Shown here: positions 17,007 to 23,652 of the stretch, in pieces
Layout: the number at the start of each line of letters is the position of its first letter
How positions within the stretch are numbered: the first letter of the stretch is position 1
DNA from: a bacterium
GTDB taxonomy: Bacteria; JADJOY01
DNA: 23,652 bases
Direction of reading: 5' to 3'
NCBI GenBank assembly: GCA_046331705.1
Contig: JAXLQJ010000002.1
Coordinates: forward strand, 328,370-352,021
Notes under the pieces: generated by a model
What the model saw: the letters and a program-made list of their open reading frames with translations, nothing else
Databases searched by the model: none
What the model was told of the DNA's origin: nothing
Program-made: the position numbers and the translations under genes

Positions 17007-17792
17007 TCAGCGGCCCTTGAAATGGGGTGCGCGCTTCTCGAGAAAGGCGCGCGGACCTTCCTTGGCGTCCTCGGAGTTGAGCACGCGCGGCGCGATGGCC
17101 TTCTCCAGGACGAAACCCGATTCCAGCGCGAGCGCCCGCACCGCGATCTCCTTCGCGGTTCGCACCGCCAGCGGCCCGTTCCTGCAAATCGTCTCGGCCC
17201 ACTCGACCGCGGTCTCCATGAGCTTGTCGGCGGGCACGATGGCGTTGACGAGACCCACGTCGTAGGCACGCTGGGCGCTGATGGGACGCCCCATGAGCAG
17301 GAGCTCCATCGCCACCGCCCAGGGGATCTGGCGTGGGATGCGGATGTGCGAGCCGCCGGCCGGAATGATGCCCACCTTCACCTCGCCGAGGCCGAACGTG
17401 GCGTGCTCGGCGGCGATGCGGATGTCGGTGCCGAGCATGAACTCGAGCCCGCCCGCGATGCAGTGGCCGTTGACGGCGGCGATGATCGGCTTGAACACGT
17501 CCGAGAACGGACGCTTGGTGTGGTCGTCGTAGCCCATCTCGTCGCCTTCGGTGATCTGCGGAATCGCCTCCTTCAAGTCCATGCCCGCCGAGAACGCCTT
17601 GGCACCCGCGCCGGTCAGGATCGCCACCCACAGATCGTTGCGGCGCTGGAACTCGGCGAAGCTCGCGTCCATGGCGGCGAGCATCTCGCCGGTGAACGAG
17701 TTCATCGCCTGGGGACGGTTGATCGTGAAGATGGCGATCTTGCCGCGCTGCTCGAAGGTGAAGGTGGCGGGAAGCGGGGTCTTGAGGGTCAT
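17007..17792 (-). CDS. Enoyl-CoA hydratase/isomerase (crotonase family)
   Basis: Motifs FSAGMDLK, KPIIAAVNGHCIAGGLE and FGLGEVKVG. Both catalytic Glu positions are present. Confidence 0.95.
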   Translation of the reverse strand: MTLKTPLPATFTFEQRGKIAIFTINRPQAMNSFTGEMLAAMDASFAEFQRRNDLWVAILTGAGAKAFSAGMDLKEAIPQITEGDEMGYDDHTKRPFSDVFKPIIAAVNGHCIAGGLEFMLGTDIRIAAEHATFGLGEVKVGIIPAGGSHIRIPRQIPWAVAMELLLMGRPISAQRAYDVGLVNAIVPADKLMETAVEWAETICRNGPLAVRTAKEIAVRALALESGFVLEKAIAPRVLNSEDAKEGPRAFLEKRAPHFKGR

Positions 17793-17818
17793 GGTCTCGA
17801 GTCTCCGAACGGGAAGGT

Positions 17819-17842
17819 GGCGGGCTGCGGTCCCTCGCAGCC
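17819..17842 (+). repeat. REP-like hairpin, single copy
   Basis: GGCG-GGCTGCG-GTCCCT-CGCAGCC. The 20-mer at 17823-17842 is the exact reverse complement of 20669-20688. Confidence 0.75.
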
Positions 17843-17849
17843 GCCCGGG

Positions 17850-18278
17850 TCAATCGGATCGGCGGCGAAAATGGGGAAGGGTGACCTCGGGGGTGACGTC
17901 GTCGAAGACCACCTCGAGCGGCATGCCCATCGCGAGCTCGGCTGGCGGTGTGTCGACCACCTGGCTGACCAGCCGCACGCCCTCCTCGAGCTCGACGACC
18001 ACGACGGCGTACGGCTGCGCGCTCACCCAGCCGGGATGAAGGGCGCGTTCCACGACGCACCAGGTGAAGACGGTGCCGCGGCCGCTGGATCGCGCCCATT
18101 CCCACTCGAACGAGCCGCACGCGGCACACATCTCTCGCGGCACGTGGCGCCAGGTGCCGCAGGTCGTGCATTTCTGGAAACGCAGCTCGCGTTGCTTGGT
18201 GAAGCCGTAGAAGTCCTTCGAGAAACCGGTGAGCACCGGCAGCGGTTGCGGCGGAGTCGCGGGGGTCGAGTCGCTCAT
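17850..18278 (-). CDS. Zn-ribbon/OB-fold protein (DUF35, ChsH2 C-terminal-like)
   Basis: CTTC...CAAC Zn ribbon, SGRGTVFTW and PYAVVVVELEEGVRL. It is adjacent to the thiolase-fold gene. Confidence 0.93.
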   Translation of the reverse strand: MSDSTPATPPQPLPVLTGFSKDFYGFTKQRELRFQKCTTCGTWRHVPREMCAACGSFEWEWARSSGRGTVFTWCVVERALHPGWVSAQPYAVVVVELEEGVRLVSQVVDTPPAELAMGMPLEVVFDDVTPEVTLPHFRRRSD

Positions 18279-18298
18279 GTCTCGGATTCCTCGATCGA

Positions 18299-19504
18299 TC
18301 AGTTGCGCAGGATGGCGATCGAGCCGTCGCCGAAATCGCCCCAGCCGGTCACGACGCCGATCTCCGCTTCGGGAACCTGGCGCTCGCCGGCCTCGCCGCG
18401 AAGCTGCTTCACCGCTTCAACGATGTGCCCCATGCCGAGCGAGTGGGCCTCCGAGAGCAGGCCGCCGCTGGTGTTGACGGGCAGCTCGCCGCCGAGCTCG
18501 ATGCGCCCGCCCTCGACGAAGGCACCACCCTCGCCGCGGGCACAGAAGCCGGTTTCCTCGAGCTGCTGCAGCACCTCGAAGGTGAAGCAGTCGTAGATCT
18601 GCGCGAAGTCGGCGTCCTTGGCGCGCACCCCGGCCATCGCGAAAGCCTCGGGCGCCGCCATCGAAAGCCCAGTGCGGAAGATGTCCCTGCGGCTCACGAT
18701 CTCGTCCGCGGGATCGGGCTGCCCGGCCGCCACACCCATCACGAACACGGGCTTGTGGGGCATGTCCTTGGCGCGCTCGGCGCTGGTGACGACGATGGCC
18801 GCGGCGCCGTCGGTTTCCAGGCAGCAATCGAGCATGCGGTAGGGCGCGCTGATCATCGGCGATGCGAGGTAGTCGGCGAGCGTGAGCGGCTTCGTCCGCA
18901 TGACGGCGTTCGGATTGAGCTGGGCATGCTTGCGCATCGCCACGGCGATGGCGCCGAGCTGCTCGCTGGTGGTGCCGAACTCGTGCATGTGTCGCCGCGC
19001 CAGCAGCGAGTACCACTGGGGCGGCGCGGTGAGTCCCTGGGGAAGGTAGTAGTCCCGAGCGATCGCTCCGCCGGGTAGCGCCGACATCGTCTCGGTGACG
19101 ATCTCGCGGGTGCGCCGTCCCGAATAGCCATTCCAGCCCGCGGGAATCAGCACGTAGGTGGCGATGCCGGCGTTCACGGCGGCGGCGGCTTGCGCCACCG
19201 ACGCCACCGGCGCCGCGCCACCCATGTGCACCGTGGCGGCGAAGCGCAGACTCTCGACGCCGAGATTGGCGGCGATCTCCTCGGCGCTGCCGAGGTTCGG
19301 GAACGGCATGACGCCGTCGATCTGGCGCGGCGTGAGGCCGGCGTTCTCGATGGCGCGCATCGCGGCGCGAAGCTGGATGCCGAGCTGGCTCAGGCCCGAG
19401 CCCGGCGCGCGGCAGTACGTGGTCTCGCCGATGCCGACGATGCACGCCTTGTCGCGCAGCTTGCGCGTCAGCTTGAGCGTGGGGTTGGGGGTGCGGGTGG
19501 GCAC
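18299..19504 (-). CDS. Thiolase-fold protein, SCP-x/Ltp2 type (probable aldolase)
   Basis: Motifs IVGIGET, DCCLETDGAAAIVV, YDCFT and NTSGGLLSEAH. There is no Cys at the usual nucleophile loop (HMGGAAPV). GTG start with AGAGGA upstream. Confidence 0.9.
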   Translation of the reverse strand: MPTRTPNPTLKLTRKLRDKACIVGIGETTYCRAPGSGLSQLGIQLRAAMRAIENAGLTPRQIDGVMPFPNLGSAEEIAANLGVESLRFAATVHMGGAAPVASVAQAAAAVNAGIATYVLIPAGWNGYSGRRTREIVTETMSALPGGAIARDYYLPQGLTAPPQWYSLLARRHMHEFGTTSEQLGAIAVAMRKHAQLNPNAVMRTKPLTLADYLASPMISAPYRMLDCCLETDGAAAIVVTSAERAKDMPHKPVFVMGVAAGQPDPADEIVSRRDIFRTGLSMAAPEAFAMAGVRAKDADFAQIYDCFTFEVLQQLEETGFCARGEGGAFVEGGRIELGGELPVNTSGGLLSEAHSLGMGHIVEAVKQLRGEAGERQVPEAEIGVVTGWGDFGDGSIAILRN

Positions 19505-19523
19505 GAGAGCACGTCCTCTTCCC

Positions 19524-19590
19524 GAGGGGACCCGCTCCGTCGGGTCCGCGTCGCGACGATCGATCCGGCGCCGACGGAGCAGCGCGCTTC
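19524..19590. repeat. Inverted REP-like doublet
   Basis: The + copy is GAGG-GGACCCG-CTCCGT-CGGGTCC (19524-19547). The - copy is GAAG-CGCGCTG-CTCCGT-CGGCGCC (19567-19590, slightly degenerate). The spacer is 19 nt. Confidence 0.7.
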
Positions 19591-19609
19591 AGCGAACGCT
19601 GGGACCGCC

Positions 19610-20596
19610 CTAGCCCTTCTTCACCCGCTTGGTGGTGTCGATCTTGGCGAGCTTCGCGAGGTTCTTGCCGAGGAAGCCGGCGCGCATCTCGTCGGTGATC
19701 TCCTTGTAGCCCCACTGCTCGCGCAACTCCTTCGGGATCTGGAAGGTGCGCATGAAATCGACCACCCGCGGCATGTCGTCGAACGCGAGGTCGAGCCCCA
19801 TGACGATCTTCTCGGGCTTCACCCACTGCAGCGCCTCGCCGATCATGTGGTAGCCGCGATACGGCGCGCACTGGAGCCAGCCGATGATGCCGGAGAGGCT
19901 CAAGTAGAGGTTCTGGTGCTTGCCGGCGAGTCCCATCAGGCACTCGTGATACGGCCAGCCCATGTGGTACGCGATGATCTTGAGCTGGGGGAAGTCGATG
20001 CAGATGTCGTCGAGGAGCTCGGGGTGGGTGTGCTTGTTCGGCTGCGGCATCACGTACGCCATGCCCGTGTGCACGGTGAGCGCGATGTCGAGCTCGATCG
20101 CCTTCTCGTAGAACGGCCACAGCCGCCGATCGTTGAGCGGCCCGTCGTCCTCGGGCACGTAGACCTTGCAGAGCTTGGCGTTGCCGTTCTTGACCAGGTA
20201 CTCGAGCTCCCAGATGGCGTGCTTGACGCCGCGCTTCAGGATCGGGCCGACGTTGCACTCGAGGTACATCCGATCGGGGTAGGGCGCGATCTCCTTCATG
20301 ATGAAGGCGTTGGTGGACATGCAGGTGACGCCGCCGGACACGTCCATCATCGATTCGCGCAGCGCGAAGCAGACGTCGACGCCCGCCTTGTCCATCCACT
20401 CGATCAGCGCATGCGCCCGCGGCGCCGGCATGTTGCCGCCGCCCGCCAGCTCCCGTCCGCCGCCCCAGGAGCGCATCACGCCGTCGACGCTCTGCCACCA
20501 CTGGGTGAACTGCGGGTAATACGCCATCTCGTGAAGCGATTCCTCGTTCATGAAGTGGCACTCGCTGAGCGCCACGAAGTAGTCGGGTGTCGCCAT
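19610..20596 (-). CDS. Amidohydrolase family 2 (TIM-barrel metal-dependent hydrolase/decarboxylase)
   Basis: Motifs SECHF, DRRLWPFYEKA, TVHTG, IIAYHMGWP and VMGLD. GGAGA RBS. Confidence 0.88.
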   Translation of the reverse strand: MATPDYFVALSECHFMNEESLHEMAYYPQFTQWWQSVDGVMRSWGGGRELAGGGNMPAPRAHALIEWMDKAGVDVCFALRESMMDVSGGVTCMSTNAFIMKEIAPYPDRMYLECNVGPILKRGVKHAIWELEYLVKNGNAKLCKVYVPEDDGPLNDRRLWPFYEKAIELDIALTVHTGMAYVMPQPNKHTHPELLDDICIDFPQLKIIAYHMGWPYHECLMGLAGKHQNLYLSLSGIIGWLQCAPYRGYHMIGEALQWVKPEKIVMGLDLAFDDMPRVVDFMRTFQIPKELREQWGYKEITDEMRAGFLGKNLAKLAKIDTTKRVKKG

Positions 20597-20616
20597 GGGA
20601 TCTCCGGGTCAGGTGG

Positions 20617-20692
20617 GGAGGGACGCGGTCCCTCGCGTCCGTTGCGTTCGATCGGGGTGCGAAGCCGTGGCTGCGAGGGACCGCAGCCTTCC
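20617..20692. repeat. Inverted REP-like doublet
   Basis: The + copy is GGAG-GGACGCG-GTCCCT-CGCGTCC (20617-20640). The - copy is GGAA-GGCTGCG-GTCCCT-CGCAGCC (20669-20692). The spacer is 28 nt. Confidence 0.8.
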
Positions 20693-20709
20693 ACGCGGGT
20701 ACGTCGCGC

Positions 20710-23127
20710 TCACGCCTTTCCTCGCGCGTCCTGGATCGCGGTCCAGACCCGCACCGGCGACGCGGGCATCTCGTGGATCTGGGCACCCAGGGGCGCGAGC
20801 GCATCGTTGATGGCGCACAGCACCGCGGCCGGGGTGGTGTGGATCGCGCCTTCGCCGCAGCCCTTGGCACCCAGCGGCGCGAACGGCGAAGGCGTGCAGA
20901 GCGCCTGCTTCTCCGTGAACGGCACCTCGTAGATCGTGGGCAGCAAGTAGTCCATGAAGGTCGAGGTCAGCAGCTGTCCGTCCTCGTTGTAGACGTACTC
21001 CTCCAGCAATGCCGCGCCGACGCCCTGTGCCACGCCGCCCTGGGTCTGGCCTTCGACGTTGGCGGGATTGAGGCGCGTGCCGCAATCGTCGGCGATGAAG
21101 TACTTCTCGATGTCGACCTTGCCCGTGTCGGGGTCCACGCTCACCGCCACCACGTGGCAGGCATTCGCCGCCGTGAGGTAACTCTTGGCGCGGCCTTGAT
21201 CGTCGGCCTGCGTGCGGCCCGCCGCGGTCCACGCGTAGGTCGCTTCGGGACTGGGATCGACGTCCGGTGGCAGCAGATCGCTGCGCGCGAGCATCACGCC
21301 AGCCACCTGCGCCAGCGTCAGCTCGACACCCGGAACGCCCTTCATGACGACCTTGCCGTCCCGGAGGTCCAGCAGCTCGGGAGTGCAGCGCAGCAGCACC
21401 GCCGCGACCTTGAGCAGCTTCGCCTTCAGCCGCTCGGCGGCGCCGAGCGCGGCGCCGGTGATCGCGACACCCAGACGGCTGCCGCCGGGACCGAAGTGCG
21501 GCGCCGCGGAGAGCGTGTCGAGTGGCACGACGCGAATGGCGTTGGGCTGCGTCCCGAAGTAGTCGGCGAGCACCTGCGCCACCACCGTGTACTGGCCCTG
21601 TCCCTCCAGCGAGAAACCGAGCCGCGCGGTGACGTTGCCGAGGATGTCGAGGCTGATGGTGATCGCCTCGGGCACGCCCGTCGACTCGGCGCCCACGATC
21701 GCGTACGCGTTCCAGTCGAAGACGCCGGGCTCGATGGTGCTCACCACCGAGATGCCGAAGAGCTTGCCGGCCGCGCGCGCCTTCCGCTGCGCCTCGCGCA
21801 GCTCGGGGTATCGCGACATCGCCAGCGCGGCATCGAGCGCCGCCACGTAGTCGCCGCTGTCGTATTCGTTGCCGCTCGGGATGGTGTACGGGAAGGCGTC
21901 CTTGGGGATGTAGTTGCGGCGTCGGATCTCCGCCGGGTCGATCCGAAGCTCGCGCGCCGCCGCGTCCATCAAGGATTCGAGCACCCAGTTGTGGGGCGGC
22001 GGTCCCATGCCGCGATAGGCACCCGTGGGCAGCTTGTTGGTGGCGACGATGGTGAGGTCGTAGGAGGCGGTGGGGATCTGGTACGGGCCGGTGAACGACG
22101 CCAGCGGCTTGGCGCACGAGACCGCGCCATAGCTCTCGCCGGTGGCGCCCAGGTCGTCGAGGAGCTTCACGGCGAAACCGGTGACCAGGCCGTTGGCGTC
22201 GAGGGCGATCGACGCCTCGTAGTGGCGATCCCACGCCTGGCCCGCGCCCGCCGACAGGTACTCCATGCGGTCCTCGATCCACTTCACCGGCCGGCCGCCC
22301 GCCTTGCGCGAGAGCATCGCGGCGATCTCGGTGCCGCGAAAGCCGCCCTTACCTCCGAAGCTGCCACCGTGAGGATGACTGACGAAGCGCACCTTGTTGG
22401 CTGGCAGCAGGAACGTCATGGCGCGCCCGAGGGCCATGTGCGACTGCGACTGGAAGGCACCGTGGCAGGTGAGGGTGCCGTCGGTGGTATCCCATTGCGC
22501 CACCACTCCGAACGTCTCGAGCGGGTTGGCGCCGAGACGGTGCCAGCGGAACTTTCCCGACACCACCTTGCTGGCGTTCGCGAACGCGGCGTCGATCTCG
22601 CCCCAGGTGAACTTACGCTGCAGCATCACGTTGGTGCCCTTGTCCTCGAACAAGAGCGGCGAGCCCGGTTGCGTCGCGGCGAACGGATCCGCGACGACCG
22701 GCAAGGTGTCGTAGTCGACCTCGATCAGCTCGAGCGCGTCCTCGGCGATGTAGCGGCTGGTGGCGGCCACCGCGGCCACCGGCTCGCCCACGAAGCGCAC
22801 CTTCTCGGTGGCGAGGCAATGGCAGCCCCAGCCGACCGGCAGCGTGTAGCCGGGCTGCGCCCACTTGAGCGCGTCCTCGCCGGTGACCACGGCCAACACG
22901 CCGGGAAGCTCCAAGGCCTTGGAGGCGTCGAGGAGCCGGATCTTCGCGTGGGCGTGCGGGCTGCGCAGGATCGCGCAGTGGAGCAGACCCGGCAGCGTGA
23001 AGTTGTCGATGAACTCGGCCTTGCCCGTGAGCAAGAGCGGGTCCTCGACGCGATTCACCGAGGTGCCGACGAACTTGGCCCCGCTGCTCGGCAGGTCTGC
23101 GATGGTCTTCGGGATCTCGACGGACAT
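20710..23127 (-). CDS. Xanthine dehydrogenase family molybdopterin-binding large subunit (CoxL-like)
   Basis: Motifs RVEDPLLLTG, LRSPHAHA, VRFVGEPVA, GGSFGGK, AYRGMG, VEGQTQGGVAQG and GAKGCGE. GGAGGA RBS. Confidence 0.95.
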   Translation of the reverse strand: MSVEIPKTIADLPSSGAKFVGTSVNRVEDPLLLTGKAEFIDNFTLPGLLHCAILRSPHAHAKIRLLDASKALELPGVLAVVTGEDALKWAQPGYTLPVGWGCHCLATEKVRFVGEPVAAVAATSRYIAEDALELIEVDYDTLPVVADPFAATQPGSPLLFEDKGTNVMLQRKFTWGEIDAAFANASKVVSGKFRWHRLGANPLETFGVVAQWDTTDGTLTCHGAFQSQSHMALGRAMTFLLPANKVRFVSHPHGGSFGGKGGFRGTEIAAMLSRKAGGRPVKWIEDRMEYLSAGAGQAWDRHYEASIALDANGLVTGFAVKLLDDLGATGESYGAVSCAKPLASFTGPYQIPTASYDLTIVATNKLPTGAYRGMGPPPHNWVLESLMDAAARELRIDPAEIRRRNYIPKDAFPYTIPSGNEYDSGDYVAALDAALAMSRYPELREAQRKARAAGKLFGISVVSTIEPGVFDWNAYAIVGAESTGVPEAITISLDILGNVTARLGFSLEGQGQYTVVAQVLADYFGTQPNAIRVVPLDTLSAAPHFGPGGSRLGVAITGAALGAAERLKAKLLKVAAVLLRCTPELLDLRDGKVVMKGVPGVELTLAQVAGVMLARSDLLPPDVDPSPEATYAWTAAGRTQADDQGRAKSYLTAANACHVVAVSVDPDTGKVDIEKYFIADDCGTRLNPANVEGQTQGGVAQGVGAALLEEYVYNEDGQLLTSTFMDYLLPTIYEVPFTEKQALCTPSPFAPLGAKGCGEGAIHTTPAAVLCAINDALAPLGAQIHEMPASPVRVWTAIQDARGKA

Positions 23128-23142
23128 GAGCGGATTCCTCCC

Positions 23143-23652
23143 TCACCCGACCTGCGCCACGCCGGTCGCGAGGGCGCCCGCGGCCGGCGACCTGAGCTTG
23201 AGCGCCGCGGCCTTCACCGCCGCGAAGATCGACTGGTAGCCGGTGCAGCGACAGATGTTGCCGCCCAGCGTCTCGCGAATCTGCTCGTCGGTGGGATCGG
23301 GATGATCCGCGAGCAGCTCCTTCACCGAGAGCAGGAATCCCGGCGTGCAGAACCCGCATTGCAGCCCGTGCTGCTCCATGAAGGCTTGCTGGATGGGATG
23401 GAGCTGGCCGTCGGGGCTCAGGCCTTCGACGGTGGTGATGCTGGCGCCGTCGGCTTGCACCGCGAGCAGGATGCACGAGCGCACGGCCTTGCCGTCGATC
23501 AGCACCGTGCACGCGCCGCACACCCCGTGCTCGCAACCCACGTGCGTACCCGTGAGGCCGAGCTCGTTGCGCAGCAGGTCGACCAGCGTGAGGCGCGGCT
23601 CGACGGTGGCTTCGAAGCTCACCCCGTTCACGGTGAGCCGAATCGAACGCTT
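23143..23652 (-). CDS. 2x[2Fe-2S] small subunit (CoxS-like), 5' end outside the window
   Basis: Motifs GCEHGVCGACTV...SC, QCGFCTPG and NICRCTGY. The frame stays open to the window edge (KRSIRLTVNG). Confidence 0.95.
   Translation of the reverse strand, partial: KRSIRLTVNGVSFEATVEPRLTLVDLLRNELGLTGTHVGCEHGVCGACTVLIDGKAVRSCILLAVQADGASITTVEGLSPDGQLHPIQQAFMEQHGLQCGFCTPGFLLSVKELLADHPDPTDEQIRETLGGNICRCTGYQSIFAAVKAAALKLRSPAAGALATGVAQVG

Noticed and set aside
2585..19066. Recurrent GCGATCGC (HIP1-like octamer), about ten copies noticed by eye
   Set aside because: The copies lie in coding frames as Ala-Ile-Ala or x-Asp-Arg codons, so codon usage explains them. A codon-aware count would be needed to claim enrichment.
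17819..20692. CRISPR interpretation of the hairpin repeats
   Set aside because: The copies are dispersed and inverted, with no regular spacers and no cas genes.
20710..23652. Assigning coxL/coxS gene symbols
   Set aside because: The AYxCSFR motif is absent and there are no cox accessory genes in the window, so only family-level calls are justified.

Overview
A very GC-rich, densely coding bacterial window, mostly CoA-dependent catabolism. The style suggests a Myxococcota/Binatota-like organism, but this is an inference, as no marker gene is present. From the left: (1) a truncated prepilin-type gene on the - strand that the ORF track misses. (2) A divergent + strand operon of SDR, CaiB/BaiF CoA-transferase, amidohydrolase-3 and SAM methyltransferase, preceded by a perfect 20-bp palindrome that fits the KstR operator consensus. 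(3) Two divergently oriented, double-domain CoA-transferase III genes flanking a GH38 lipoprotein. (4) A DUF4303-like/HEAT-repeat protein. (5) oxyR and a membrane GGDEF cyclase. (6) A - strand operon: CoxS-like [2Fe-2S] subunit (truncated), CoxL-like molybdoenzyme, amidohydrolase-2, Cys-less Ltp2-like thiolase fold, DUF35 Zn-ribbon/OB-fold and enoyl-CoA hydratase. The spacers of this last operon hold five copies of a REP-like 20-nt hairpin with compensatory base changes. No rRNA, tRNA, CRISPR array, transposase or integrase was found. All product calls come from motif recognition by eye, not database searches.
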